This document shows positions 46,080 to 56,761 of a stretch of DNA of 64,000 nucleotides, in pieces. Made by a program: the position numbers and the translations under genes. The notes beneath the pieces were generated by a model. The model ran no database searches, was not told the DNA's origin, and saw nothing but the letters and a program-made list of their open reading frames with translations. Within the stretch, counting starts at the first letter, position 1. Every line of letters starts with the position of its first letter. Location of the stretch: sequence record SRR31156797_1235. The stretch is one strand, 5' to 3'.

Positions 46080-47360
46080 TCAAGAATAGAAGAAACGGAT
46101 CAAGATTCCACCTAGAATCAGCACGATCGCACCGCATAAACGGTTGGCCATTTGGGCAAAAGCAATCATTTCCATTCTATCAGAGGCAGACAATACAGCG
46201 ATATTACCTGTTCCCCCCATCGAGTTGTTGATCATACCGGCGCCAATTGCGGTTTCAACGGGATACATCCCCAATACCATCCCGAAGAACCAGCTGGCAG
46301 CCCCCATAGATACGACACTGGTTAGGCAAAGCACGACAAATTGCCATGTAAAGGCAGAGGCCAGTGTTGACAGATCGATCAATGCCAAACCAATCCCCGC
46401 CAAAACCGCGTGGGTCAAATTCGTCATTACAACATTGTTGAACATCACCACAGAATCTTCGAGTTTCTTAGGGACAATATTCAAGGCTTTCAGAATAAAG
46501 ACAATCACGATCATAAAGGCATACTCGTGAATTTTAGGGAAAAAGTCGCTTAAAATCGCACCAACGACCAACAGTGAAAAGGAAAACAGCATCCCGACCC
46601 CGATTTGTTGGACATCAAGCGTTATTTTTGGTTTTTCTAATTCTTCTTTCGTGGCATTGATCAGGGTGCCATGGCCATTGTATTTGGTTTTAGCAAAGGC
46701 CTTTGCGATAAATAAAGCACCAATAATGGCAAGAATATTCCCGAAAGTAACTGCTGGCGCTAATTGAGAAAAGATGGCGGCTTGATTGCCGTTTGCCAAG
46801 CCATCAGCATAAATTTGTGAAAGTGGGGTGATTCCCGCCCCCATCCCGCCAGACATCATTGGTAGAGACACATACATCACCGAATCAGCAAAGCCATTGC
46901 CTAGCAGCATACCGACAAGGCCGACGGAGAAAAAGCCTACTACCATGGTGATCAAAGCAACAGGAATGAATTTCGTAGAAGCCTTCACCAACAAATTGCG
47001 GTTCATACCTAAAATCGAGCCGCAAATCAAAGCGGCAATATAGAAATCAAGAAAACCAAAACCGCCCCCCATGAAGTCACTGACCGCGTCAATGACTTTC
47101 GTGGGAACGAGATGGAAGGAGGCCAAAAGGGTGGCACCAAGCAGGGTAAAAACTGACCCACCGCCAAGATAAGAATTCATGATCGGGAGTTTTTCCCCAA
47201 TGAAATACAGCAGGTGTCCTAAGGCAACCAGTAAAATGGTGATCCCAACCATATTTAATGGCAACTTGTCTAAGGCAATCGCACTGAATATGACAACCAT
47301 GAAAAAGAGATACAAGGGAAGACTAATTCCCGAAATCGTCATCGTTTTTAATTTATTCAT
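46080..47360 (-). CDS. mleP: Malate permease, 2-hydroxycarboxylate transporter family
   Basis: YLGGG, GSILGMNR, GGMGAGITPLS, MGGTGNIAVLSA..RM; directly after mleS. Confidence 0.88.
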   Translation of the reverse strand: MNKLKTMTISGISLPLYLFFMVVIFSAIALDKLPLNMVGITILLVALGHLLYFIGEKLPIMNSYLGGGSVFTLLGATLLASFHLVPTKVIDAVSDFMGGGFGFLDFYIAALICGSILGMNRNLLVKASTKFIPVALITMVVGFFSVGLVGMLLGNGFADSVMYVSLPMMSGGMGAGITPLSQIYADGLANGNQAAIFSQLAPAVTFGNILAIIGALFIAKAFAKTKYNGHGTLINATKEELEKPKITLDVQQIGVGMLFSFSLLVVGAILSDFFPKIHEYAFMIVIVFILKALNIVPKKLEDSVVMFNNVVMTNLTHAVLAGIGLALIDLSTLASAFTWQFVVLCLTSVVSMGAASWFFGMVLGMYPVETAIGAGMINNSMGGTGNIAVLSASDRMEMIAFAQMANRLCGAIVLILGGILIRFFYS

Positions 47361-47373
47361 TTTTCAGACCTTC

Positions 47374-48996
47374 CTAGTATGTTGGATACCATTTAAGATT
47401 TTGGACAGCTTTTGCCATATCGGTTTCTTGCGCTTGGGCTAGTCCTTGTTCTTTGGCTTTATTGGCAACTGCTTCAGCCACTTTGATAGAAACGTCCGCA
47501 ACGTATTCAAATGGTGGGAGAACAGGTGCACCGGGTTGGCTCAAATCAACCAAACCACTTAATGAGTGAGCAGCGGCACCAATCATTTCGTCGGTCAAGA
47601 GAGAGGCTTCTGAAGCCAACATACCTAACCCTAGACCAGGATAGATCAAGGCGTTGTTTGCTTGACCAATTTGGTAGTCGACCCCTTTGTATTGGATCGT
47701 TCCTGAAGGGACACCGGTTGCCACAAAGGCTTTTCCATCAGACCATTCGATTACTTGTTCAGCCGTTGCTTCTAATTTTTTGGTTGGATTCGAGATAGGG
47801 AAAATCACTGGACGAGCAGTGTTTTCACACATCGCTTCCACAACTTCTTTGGTAAAGGCACCCGCATTGGTTGAAGTACCGACCAAAATCGTTGGTTTTG
47901 CGACTTTAATGACATTGATCAATTGCGACATATCGCCAGCATTGGCAAAGTCAGCCCGTTTTTTGGCAAATGGTTTTTGTGCAGGAGTCAAATCGGACAT
48001 ATCATCGAACAAAAGCCCTTGTTTGTCAACCATAAAGAAATGATTGTAGGCTTCTTCTTCTGAAAGTCCTTCGCTGACCATTTCGGCATGGACACGGCTG
48101 GCAATCCCGGCACCAGCGGAACCACCGCCATAACATAAGTAGACTTGATCCGTTAATTTTTCACCTGTAATATCCAGTGCACCGAAGATACCGCCAAGTA
48201 CAACGATTCCCGTTCCTTGGATGTCATCGTTAAAAGTTGGAATTGTTTGTTTGTATTTGTCCAGAATCGTTGCAGCATTTGAACGGCCAAAGTCTTCCCA
48301 ATGCAAGTAAAGTTTAGGGAACAATGATTCTGCCGTTTGAACAAATTGATCGATGAATTGGTAGTAGGCATCACCGTAGACACGTTCTTGACGATTGCCT
48401 AGATACAAATGATCCTCTAACAATTCTTTACGGTTGGTACCGGCATCGATCACGATTGGTAAAACAGAAGCAGGGTCGATCCCAGCAGCTGCTGTATAAA
48501 TCATCAATTTACCGACAGAAATATCGACACCTTGGACACCCCAGTCACCAATCCCAAGAATCCCTTCAGCATCTGTGGCTACGATCAAGCGAATGTCCCG
48601 ATCGCCAGCGGCATTTTTCAACGTTTCTTCGATGTTCTCTGGATGATTGATATCTAAGTATGCTGCATATTGAGGATCCACAAATAGGCGGCTGTAATTT
48701 TCAATGGTATCAGCAATCGTTGGATCATAGACGATCGGATTGAATTCAACGATATGTTGATTGAACAAATAGTAGAACAATGTCCGATTGGTATTAAAGA
48801 TTTCCATTAAAAAGTGACGTTTTTCAATGTCTGATTCTTTGGTGACATATTGCAAATAAGCTTGTTCTGCTTGTTCTTCGATCGTTTGCACGTGTGGGGG
48901 CAATAAACCGATCAGCCCTAGTTCTTTTCGTTCTTCTTGTGTAAACGCGGTTCCTTTGTTCAAAAATGGGTTATTTAAGATGTCATGTGCTTTCAT
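47374..48996 (-). CDS. mleS: Malolactic enzyme
   Basis: [47 protein letters not shown] 48996 after GGAGG. Confidence 0.93.
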   Translation of the reverse strand: MKAHDILNNPFLNKGTAFTQEERKELGLIGLLPPHVQTIEEQAEQAYLQYVTKESDIEKRHFLMEIFNTNRTLFYYLFNQHIVEFNPIVYDPTIADTIENYSRLFVDPQYAAYLDINHPENIEETLKNAAGDRDIRLIVATDAEGILGIGDWGVQGVDISVGKLMIYTAAAGIDPASVLPIVIDAGTNRKELLEDHLYLGNRQERVYGDAYYQFIDQFVQTAESLFPKLYLHWEDFGRSNAATILDKYKQTIPTFNDDIQGTGIVVLGGIFGALDITGEKLTDQVYLCYGGGSAGAGIASRVHAEMVSEGLSEEEAYNHFFMVDKQGLLFDDMSDLTPAQKPFAKKRADFANAGDMSQLINVIKVAKPTILVGTSTNAGAFTKEVVEAMCENTARPVIFPISNPTKKLEATAEQVIEWSDGKAFVATGVPSGTIQYKGVDYQIGQANNALIYPGLGLGMLASEASLLTDEMIGAAAHSLSGLVDLSQPGAPVLPPFEYVADVSIKVAEAVANKAKEQGLAQAQETDMAKAVQNLKWYPTY

Positions 48997-49151
48997 TATG
49001 TTCCTCCAATGGATATATTTTGAGTACTCGTTCATTTCCATTAGCTACTTTAATCCTCGGACAGAATTATAGTCAACTATCGGTGGTATAATAAAAATTA
49101 TTTATAACAAAACCGCTGCTAGTTTAAACCGGTTAAGGGAGGAATCAGACG

Positions 49152-50048
49152 ATGAATATACGAGATTTAGAATACTTTAACGCTTTGGCAGATATGCTTT
49201 CTTTTACCCAAGTGGCGCATAAATTTGCGGTCAGTCAACCAACCGTCAGCTACGCTGTCAAACGCTTGGAAGAGCATTATGGCTGTGATTTGATCGTGCG
49301 AGAAGCCTCACATCGCTCCATCTCATTGACCACGGAAGGGGAAATTTTGAAGGCTCATGCACAATATATCTTAGATGAATTTGTGACCTTAGACAGAGCC
49401 ATCGACCATGCCAAAAACAATCGGACCCACATCGGCCTGCCACCGATCATTCGTTCCAAAGTCTTTTCAAAACTCTTAGATGAAAAAGAGATCATCCGCT
49501 TTATTTCGAAATTTCACTTGGTATCTGGGGGATCCAATGAATTGCTTTCAAAACTATTATCAGGAAAAATCGATTTTAGCTTGCTGGGCAGTGTCAATCC
49601 CCTCGTCCACCCGAATCTGCAGGTGAAATTATTGCATCAGCAAGAATTCTTTATTTTTGTGTCAAAAGAAAACCCATTAGCTAAGAAAAAGGAAATCTCA
49701 TTTGAAGAAGCTGCCGAATATCCCTTTATCCTATTGGAAAAAGGCTATACCCACATGCGCGCTTTTCAGAATTTAAGTGAGAAATCAAAGAAGAAGCCGG
49801 AAGTCCCCTTTTATTTTTCAGACGTCCAGACGATTGGCCAGCTGGTCAGTTCCAATATCGGCATTACCTTGATGACGGAATTTCCTGTGTTTCAAGAAAT
49901 GGAAGGCTTAGTGAAAATACCGCTAGTCCCTGAAGATAAGGAAATTTTTTATATTCAATATGCCTATTTAAAGAGTGCGATGTTGAATCAAGAGGTTCAA
50001 AAGTTGATTAGGATCTTGGATGAGCTGTCCTGGGAGGAGGAAGGGTGA
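49152..50048 (+). CDS. mleR: LysR-family malolactic regulator
   Basis: MNIRDLEYF..SFTQVAHKFAVSQPTVSYAVKRLE; divergent from mleS. Confidence 0.88.
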   Translation: MNIRDLEYFNALADMLSFTQVAHKFAVSQPTVSYAVKRLEEHYGCDLIVREASHRSISLTTEGEILKAHAQYILDEFVTLDRAIDHAKNNRTHIGLPPIIRSKVFSKLLDEKEIIRFISKFHLVSGGSNELLSKLLSGKIDFSLLGSVNPLVHPNLQVKLLHQQEFFIFVSKENPLAKKKEISFEEAAEYPFILLEKGYTHMRAFQNLSEKSKKKPEVPFYFSDVQTIGQLVSSNIGITLMTEFPVFQEMEGLVKIPLVPEDKEIFYIQYAYLKSAMLNQEVQKLIRILDELSWEEEG

Positions 50049-50365
50049 GGAGTGGGGATTTCTTGAGGTAAGGTCAGAGAAAAATGGTGCAGGTGTGTGT
50101 TCTTCGGATGTCGAAATAAAAGGGATCTTTCAACGCGGGACAAGACGAATGGATGATTTCTTTAACCGATGAAACTAGAAAAAAATCCCTTTACTTAGAC
50201 CGTTCTTATCGCATGAAAAAACGCTAAAAACCTTGATAACTATCGGTTTTTAACGTGGATTTTTGGTATAATAGTAGGACAGTAAAGTTTGTGACGGTGG
50301 CTATCTTTTGAAAGGTGGTGGTGCTTATGAAAGTAAGTGCTAACTCTTTAGAAAGGAGAAGCCTT

Positions 50366-50470
50366 TTGTCTGTAGCTGAAGCATTAGGGCTAATGATTAG
50401 TTTCGGTTCTTTAATCGCAACGATTATCTTTGGCATCCTAACTGCAGCAAAAAACGACAAAAAAAAGTAA
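50366..50470 (+). CDS. Type I TA toxin, holin-like/TxpA-type peptide, 34 aa (in-frame upstream ATG at 50327)
   Basis: MSVAEALGLMISFGSLIATIIFGILTAAKNDKKK: one TM and a Lys-rich tail; GAAAGGAG RBS. Confidence 0.85.
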   Translation: MSVAEALGLMISFGSLIATIIFGILTAAKNDKKK

Positions 50471-50576
50471 CCAGTCACTAAACTTTGGCGAGTTGACTGA
50501 TTACTAAAATAATAGAAAACTTGCCACCGTCTTAAACGGTGCTGTAGGGGAGTTGTTGACGCAACTCCTCTTTACA
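50459..50576 (-). ncRNA. Antisense antitoxin RNA (RatA-like), approximate ends
   Basis: Minus-strand TTGATA-17bp-TATAAT (50610-50582); internal hairpin; terminator at ~50505-50459 overlapping the toxin stop codon. Confidence 0.7.
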
Positions 50577-50622
50577 CAGTAATTATAGCAAGATTTCAGT
50601 AAGATATCAATCATTGACGCTA

Positions 50623-50649
50623 CAGACGTGCTTTGCACGTCTATTTTTT
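50623..50649 (+). terminator. Toxin mRNA terminator
   Basis: agacgtgctttgcacgtct followed by a T-run. Confidence 0.65.
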
Positions 50650-50827
50650 GTCCTCCTAAGTGGTGGGGAGCAGCTGGAAGGTGGAGGGCAAAAAAGATCG
50701 CTTTTCTTTCTTTAAAAAGGTCTAAGTACCACCATTTTTCCGCAATTTAACCATCCATTTTCTCGGTATTCTTAATCCATCAGGTACTTGAAATACCTTT
50801 CATGCGCATGAAGAAACTGAGTGAACA

Positions 50828-52315
50828 ATGGAAAATGGTACAACAGAAAATAAAGGCACCTTTTTAGATCTTTTTCAGGAATCGAAGGATTTCGTTTAGG
50901 GATGGAACAAGCTGGCTACCGATGTGTTGGGTATTGTGAGATCGATGGCCATGCCAGAAAAAGTTATCAATCAATTCCTGACACAAAACAGGAGGTAGAA
51001 ATGTATGATATCACAAAATTTTCAGATGAATTTATTCGAGGAATCGGACGTGTGAACATTATCGCGGGAGGATTTCCGTGCCAAGCTTTCAGCCTTGCTG
51101 GAAAAAGAAAGGGTTTTTCAGATACTAGAGCAACTCTCTTTTTTGATAATGCACGCTTAGCATCTACCTTGCGACCTAAGCTTTTATACCTTGAAAACGT
51201 CAAAGGACTTCTCAACCATGAACGAGGGGCTACGTTTGAGACAATCCTCCGAACCTTGGATGAATTGGGGTATGACGTGGAATGGCAACTGTTTAAAAGC
51301 AAAGAGTTTGTCGCCCAAAACAGAGAGCGTTTATTTATTATCGGACATCTTAGAGGAGCAGGTACCAAAAAGATTTTCCTATCACAAGAGAAGAAGGATC
51401 AGTTGATCAAAAATCAGGAAGGATCCATTTAGCTGGCGTCACATGCAGCGAATGATTTAAGTCGATTTACACGAGAAAGAACGTAATATACAGATGGTCT
51501 GATGGGGACTTTGACCGCAACGGACTACAAAACACCGAAACAAATCGTTGTTGGCAACGTCAATCCAAGCGGTGGAGGAATGAATGGCCAAGTATATGAT
51601 GCTTCAGGACTTAGTCCTACGATCACCACAAACAAAGGGGAAGGAAATAAAATTGCGATTCCGATCCTAATGCCAGATAAAGCCACTATTCGCCAAAACG
51701 GCCGTAGAATGAAGGAAAATGAAACACCGATGTTTATCTTAACCACACAAGATCGTCACGGAATTATCGTGGCAGGGTCGATCGATGGTTCCTATCGATC
51801 AGCTGCAGCGATCCATTCCGTAGATGGCTATGCCCTACACTTACCACCATGAGTGGTGGCGGCCACAAACCCAAAATACTGGTGAAAGCAGCCACGAAAA
51901 AAGGCTATACTGCAGTACTACCAGCCGATAGTATCAATTTCGTTTATCCTAAATCTACAAAACGTTGGGGACGTGTGGGAAATCAGCAAGCAAATATACC
52001 CACGTTACAAGTGATCAGCAAGCCGTAGTAACCGATGTTTTTCAGATCCGGAAACTAACACCACTTGAATGTTGGCGACTGCAGTTGTTTCCTGATTGGA
52101 CCTTTTTGTCAGCGAAATTCGGTAGTAGGCAGATTGCTGAAGAAATAATCAGTAACGGGCTTGATCACTATAACTGCAGATACGATCAAGAAACTTCGAA
52201 TAGTCAGCTGTACAAACAAGCTGGAAATTCGGTTACTGTATCAGTCATTTATTTCATAGCAAAGCACTTCGAAATAAACGATACGACGGCTTTTGATCGC
52301 TTTAGCGAAAGGTAA
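50828..52315 (+). pseudogene. Frameshifted C5 DNA cytosine methyltransferase
   Basis: Motif I FLDLF/(S)GIEGF broken near 50875; GGFPCQAFS, LENVKG and QNRER in 50902-51432; IRKLTPLECWRLQ and LYKQAGNSV in 51965-52315; split over several ORFs. Confidence 0.88.
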
Positions 52316-52332
52316 AAAATTATAGATAGTTC

Positions 52333-52383
52333 TTGAAAATAACGGTATGCCGTGATATAATAAATATACGGTATACCGTTATT
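52333..52383 (+). promoter_or_regulatory. Promoter with tandem palindromic operators
   Basis: TTGAAA-17bp-TATAAT; ACGGTATGCCGT (52342-52353) in the spacer and ACGGTATACCGT (52368-52379) at +1. Confidence 0.7.
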
Positions 52384-52425
52384 TTATTTAGGTTAAGGAG
52401 GGGTTTTATTAAAAATAGACGGAAC

Positions 52426-52495
52426 AAAAAAAGCATTTATTCTGCTGGGAACAGAATAAATGCACAGTAACAAATCCTTTCACGGGACGCTACTA
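52426..52495 (-). ncRNA. Candidate ~70-nt counter-transcribed small RNA
   Basis: Minus-strand TTGCCA-16bp-TATATT (52528-52501); 12-bp hairpin 52433-52463 followed by a U7 tract. Confidence 0.45.
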
Positions 52496-52564
52496 CTCAA
52501 AATATACCATAATTGCGAGTAGTGGCAAGCTTTAATTGTCACACTCCTTTCAGGAGGGAAAAAT

Positions 52565-52768
52565 ATGTATGCAGATAAAGAAAAAATTGAATGGCTGCTA
52601 TTTAAAAGCGGTCACTCGATCACTGAAATCAAGAATAGATCCGAAGTCAAAGCAATGACTGTCTCTGATTTGATGCACAAGAAATCTTCTATAGAAAGAA
52701 TGCGATTCGATAACGCTGCAAAGCTTACAAAACTTGCGGATCAATTAAAAGAAGAAATCACTGAATAA
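52565..52768 (+). CDS. Small HTH-like protein (mobile-element type)
   Basis: CAGGAGG RBS; KIEWLL..SITEIKNRSEVKAMTVSDLMHKKSSIERMRFDNAAKL. Confidence 0.65.
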   Translation: MYADKEKIEWLLFKSGHSITEIKNRSEVKAMTVSDLMHKKSSIERMRFDNAAKLTKLADQLKEEITE

Positions 52769-52812
52769 TCAGGGTTTTGCCTTGTAACTCCTTATCTTTA
52801 GGAGGAGAAACT

Positions 52813-53142
52813 ATGAACGCCGTTTTAAATAAGAAAAAATGTATTGTGACATTTGATCACTATGAAGATAATAACAATGTAGCGATTCAACTGGTTAAGA
52901 AAAGAAGAGGTCAGTCTGAAGAAGAGCTGCTTGCTACGGCTACGGTGAACACGAGTGTCGGAATCAAACAAGATTTCGTCGCAATCAAAGGGTGGTCTGA
53001 AAATACGGGCATTGAAGATGTACTGATAGAAGCTGGTGTCATTTGTGAGGAAGCTGTATGGGCAATTCCTTGTGGCATGGCTGTTGCAAAAGTCTTTCCC
53101 CTTACAGAAGAAGCAAAGGAAGTCATGAAAAACAATCAGTAG
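52813..53142 (+). CDS. Hypothetical protein (possibly DUF4313-like)
   Basis: AGGAGG RBS; YEDNNNVAIQL...ATATVN...VAIKGWSENTGIEDVLIEAGVI. Confidence 0.6.
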   Translation: MNAVLNKKKCIVTFDHYEDNNNVAIQLVKKRRGQSEEELLATATVNTSVGIKQDFVAIKGWSENTGIEDVLIEAGVICEEAVWAIPCGMAVAKVFPLTEEAKEVMKNNQ

Positions 53143-53235
53143 AAAAGAGTCCGTTCAAAGCTGCGGCGAGTGTGGTTACACGCTCGCTGCGTCTTTGATT
53201 AAATCTTTGATCGTTTCAATGAAGGAGAGCGAGTT

Positions 53236-53415
53236 ATGACCATTGCAAAAGGAAACACACGTCTTCCTGTAACGCTTAATGAAAAGAGGAAGCAGGGACT
53301 GAAGCACTTGAACACCAAGTACAAGAAAAGTGAATCGAAATTAATGTGTATCGCTTTAGATATGTTGCTTGAGCAAGAAAAAGCGGGATTTGAGATTCCT
53401 GAGCTTAGAAAGTGA
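53236..53415 (+). CDS. Small ribbon-helix-helix-like protein, 59 aa (not in the ORF track)
   Basis: AAGGAG RBS; MTIAKGNTRLPVTLNEKRKQGLKHLNTKYKKSESKLMCIALDMLLEQ. Confidence 0.6.
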   Translation: MTIAKGNTRLPVTLNEKRKQGLKHLNTKYKKSESKLMCIALDMLLEQEKAGFEIPELRK

Positions 53416-53513
53416 CTGCACTTTATTTTCTATTTTATTGAAGTGCTATCACTTATCAGTGAAACCGTTATCCAATACGTGGTAAACTAAAATCAGACAA
53501 AAGGTGAGATCCA

Positions 53514-53603
53514 ATGGATGAAAAAGCCAAAAAGAAAATCGTAAAATTATTAGCACTTGCAAATGATGGAAAACTTCGCTCGTTGGTTAATTTTGTCCAA
53601 TGA
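53514..53603 (+). pseudogene. Truncated DUF2786-like gene remnant
   Basis: AAAGGTG RBS; MDEKAKKKIVKLLALANDG, then an early stop where the AT-rich cassette begins. Confidence 0.5.
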
Positions 53604-53979
53604 GAAATCAATAGTAAAATGTGATTTGATGGCAGATTATCCAGAGAGGAGTAGTGAATTATTGCTTAGATCTATATTTTGTTTACTGATTAATACTTCT
53701 ATGATTTAAAAAAATAAGGTGAGAGATACAATATTTAACCATTAGATATATGGTCTAGTGGTGGTGAAGCATGGTATCAGCTGGACAATAAATCGGTGGG
53801 ATTAAATTGAAACTTTACTGGAATAATTTTAAGAAAAATCAATAATTTAATATTTCTAATTTTATTTTTAAGCTATAATTTGTTTGTCAAAAGACTGTAT
53901 AATTTAAAAAATTATTGATATAGGTTTATATAAATGATAAAGTTAATTATGGCGCTATCAATAAAAGGAGAATATTATT

Positions 53980-54381
53980 TTGAAAAAAATTAGACTAGTT
54001 TTGACAATTGGTATAATCGCATCTTTCTTTGGTTTTGTAATTCCTTCTTTCGCAAGAAGTATTTCAACCTATGATGTAACGATTCCTAGACAAGGCGCAA
54101 TCGTTACTGGTTCATTGAAGAAAGAGTCTGCAGGGAAAGGTGTTCATAATAACTCTGCAATAGGTGGTAATAAAAGAATCAATACCTCTATTCGTTTAAA
54201 AAAGGATAGTTCAAATATAACCCCATCTTACAATATGGGGTCTGGGGACCGAATTACACTTAGTTACTCTGGTGGCGGTTCTTCTTATAACGGTAGCAAC
54301 ACTTCACTTGGAATTGCAACTCCTGTAACAACTACCGTTAAAGTTGCTGCTCAAGGAAGTTGGAGTCCAGACGAAAAATAA
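53980..54381 (+). CDS. Small secreted basic protein with C-terminal GSWSPD
   Basis: Sec signal peptide ending SFA; Ser/Gly/Thr-rich mature part; AAAAGGAG RBS. Confidence 0.75.
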   Translation: MKKIRLVLTIGIIASFFGFVIPSFARSISTYDVTIPRQGAIVTGSLKKESAGKGVHNNSAIGGNKRINTSIRLKKDSSNITPSYNMGSGDRITLSYSGGGSSYNGSNTSLGIATPVTTTVKVAAQGSWSPDEK

Positions 54382-54436
54382 TTTGTAAATTAAAATATAT
54401 GATAGCGCCAGATTTTTTGCTAAAGGGGATTTAATA

Positions 54437-55201
54437 ATGAAATATATACACTACGAATTGAAGTTAGTGCTAAAATCAAAATTATTTGTTTTTTCAATAG
54501 TTTTATCAATTGTGAGTATTGTAATAGGAATAGCTGGTAACATATTGCTTATCGAAATGGAGAAAGGTTTAACTATTTTCTTTTCTGGATTTAGTTTAAG
54601 CACTTCCTCAATACTCCCTTTATTGGCTCCGTTGTTAGCGGCTTTACCAATGGCCGATTCTTTTATAAATGATTTTCAGAATAATATGACTACAGCAATA
54701 TTTGTTAGAGAATCGAAAGAAGATTATTTCTTTAAAAAATTTATTAGTGTGGGTTTATCTGGTTTTCTATCTTTATTCTTCCCATTGACATTGTTACTAA
54801 TAATAAATTTACTAATATTTCCTGACTATTCTAATGCATATGTAGGGGTAATAGGAGGAGCATTTTCTAGCATTTTTTCAAAAAATCAATTGTTTTATGC
54901 TGTTGTCATTATAGTAAATAGCAGTATTTTTGGATTTATATATGCCAACATTGGTTTAGTTTCTTCTTTCTACTTTAAAAATCGATATATATGTGTGTTT
55001 TTTCCTTTAATCGTATATTTTTTACCATCTTTTATTTTCCCTTTTATGGGATTTGATAAATATGAACCAGTTACAACATTTGATTTAACTTCAAATACAG
55101 CCACAAATGGCTATTTAGTATCTTTGCAGTTAGCATTCCTACTTATATCGACTTTCTTTGTGGGCTATAAAAAAATCGCAAAAGGAAATTTAAACATATG
55201 A
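54437..55201 (+). CDS. ABC-2-type membrane protein
   Basis: ~6 TM; LAPLLAALPMADSF..D. Confidence 0.7.
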   Translation: MKYIHYELKLVLKSKLFVFSIVLSIVSIVIGIAGNILLIEMEKGLTIFFSGFSLSTSSILPLLAPLLAALPMADSFINDFQNNMTTAIFVRESKEDYFFKKFISVGLSGFLSLFFPLTLLLIINLLIFPDYSNAYVGVIGGAFSSIFSKNQLFYAVVIIVNSSIFGFIYANIGLVSSFYFKNRYICVFFPLIVYFLPSFIFPFMGFDKYEPVTTFDLTSNTATNGYLVSLQLAFLLISTFFVGYKKIAKGNLNI

Positions 55202-55986
55202 TTCGAAGAATAGAAGCTATAAGATTATCTAAAAATAATCGTCATATTATATTCTTTGTAAGTTTATTATTAATAATAATTTGTTTTTCTTACTATCAAT
55301 TTTTTTTGGAAACACCAACTAGAAATTTTTTCATGTGGTTACTTTATAACTTTCAAAATCTTTATTCCACAATTTTTGCTTTTCCACTGCTTTATTTAAT
55401 CATAATAAATTCGCAGTTTTCATTTAACCTTAATAATTATCTTTATCTTAGTAGGATACCTAATAGAAAATTTCTATTTATTTCAGATATCAATTTAGTT
55501 TTGAAAGTTACTTTTTATTATATGGCTGGGATTTTCTTCATAAGTTCAGTATTAGGAATCTATGAGTTGAGATTTAATAATAGTTGGAGTCAAGAATTAG
55601 TTACTTTTTTTAAAAATACGTTTCAAGCTATACCAAATACTAATTATTCTCCCGTATTTCAAACAGGGCTTGCCTTTCTATTTTTCTTTTTATACTTATT
55701 GACTATTGGGAATTTATTTAATTTTTTGTTTGTGTTACTAAAAAAGAAAGGAATTAGCTTTTTAATTATATTTGGAATGATTGGGCTGCAAGCGTACTTT
55801 TTTAAATCACCTACAAATAGCTTAATTAAAATTATGATGCCTATTAATCATTATTTGATTTATTTTGAAAGAGCAAATGGCCAGTTTATTTCAATTTCTA
55901 TAAGTTTTTTGTATTGGCTATCCCTTTTAGTAGCTAACTATTCATCTCTATATATACTATACAAAAATACTAAACTAGGAGATTAA
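55198..55986 (+). CDS. Membrane protein (ABC permease-like)
   Basis: ~6 TM; overlaps the previous stop (ATGA). Confidence 0.65.
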   Translation: MIRRIEAIRLSKNNRHIIFFVSLLLIIICFSYYQFFLETPTRNFFMWLLYNFQNLYSTIFAFPLLYLIIINSQFSFNLNNYLYLSRIPNRKFLFISDINLVLKVTFYYMAGIFFISSVLGIYELRFNNSWSQELVTFFKNTFQAIPNTNYSPVFQTGLAFLFFFLYLLTIGNLFNFLFVLLKKKGISFLIIFGMIGLQAYFFKSPTNSLIKIMMPINHYLIYFERANGQFISISISFLYWLSLLVANYSSLYILYKNTKLGD

Positions 55987-55987
55987 A

Positions 55988-56761
55988 ATGCATAGCAATT
56001 TACGGTTTCAAAGAATCTATTTCGCACAATTAAATGGCAAAAAATTTATCGCATCAAGCATTATATTAATTTTAATTATTTATATTTCTACATTAATAGA
56101 TGTCGGTGATCAACCAGATTTAATTTATAAGTCAATCATTAACGGTATTCCCTACCAAGATTTTTCTTTTTTAACAATTATAAGATTTTTAGTATTACAT
56201 CTAACCTATGTTTATGGATTTTCGGCAGCGTCTAGTTTTAGTAACAATTCCTATTTGTATCTAGCCATTATCAGACTTAAGAGTCGATGTAATTTGTATT
56301 ATAACTCTATTTTCTTTTCTTTAATTCTATCCGTACTATATTGGGGAATAGCAGTTACTATTCTTGTGGTTTATTTATCTGCTTTTACGCTTTTCAATAG
56401 CAGCCTATCCGAAATTTTTTTCTTATTAATTTCAAAAGAAACAATGCTATTTTGCCTATTAAATATGCTTACTAGTTTTAGTCTTATAAACATTTTTATT
56501 CTGGTTAAAGCTCAGTTAAGAAAAGAGACATTAGCGTTTGGAATCATTGTTTTTCTACTGATAATTTATATATATTCATTTTTCATTTTTGGAAAAAATC
56601 ATTTTTTATTTCTTAACACAGGAATTTTAACTGTTTACAGAACTAATTTATTCTTATTGGAAAAAGAATCATTAGTGCCAAATCTTTTATGGTTTAGTAT
56701 ACAAAATTTAATCATAGGATATCTAAATTTGTTTAATCTGAAGAAATTAGGAGTGGAGTGA
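55988..56761 (+). CDS. Membrane protein (ABC permease-like)
   Basis: ~6 TM; translationally coupled to neighbours. Confidence 0.65.
   Translation: MHSNLRFQRIYFAQLNGKKFIASSIILILIIYISTLIDVGDQPDLIYKSIINGIPYQDFSFLTIIRFLVLHLTYVYGFSAASSFSNNSYLYLAIIRLKSRCNLYYNSIFFSLILSVLYWGIAVTILVVYLSAFTLFNSSLSEIFFLLISKETMLFCLLNMLTSFSLINIFILVKAQLRKETLAFGIIVFLLIIYIYSFFIFGKNHFLFLNTGILTVYRTNLFLLEKESLVPNLLWFSIQNLIIGYLNLFNLKKLGVE

Noticed and set aside
50222-50255. Imperfect inverted repeat at the core/accessory junction as an att or res site
   Set aside because: No partner site or recombinase in the window; a similar AT-rich palindrome occurs near 35920 in core DNA
50224-50478. 84-aa minus-strand ORF
   Set aside because: Antisense shadow of the type I toxin gene, which has the RBS and the typical peptide
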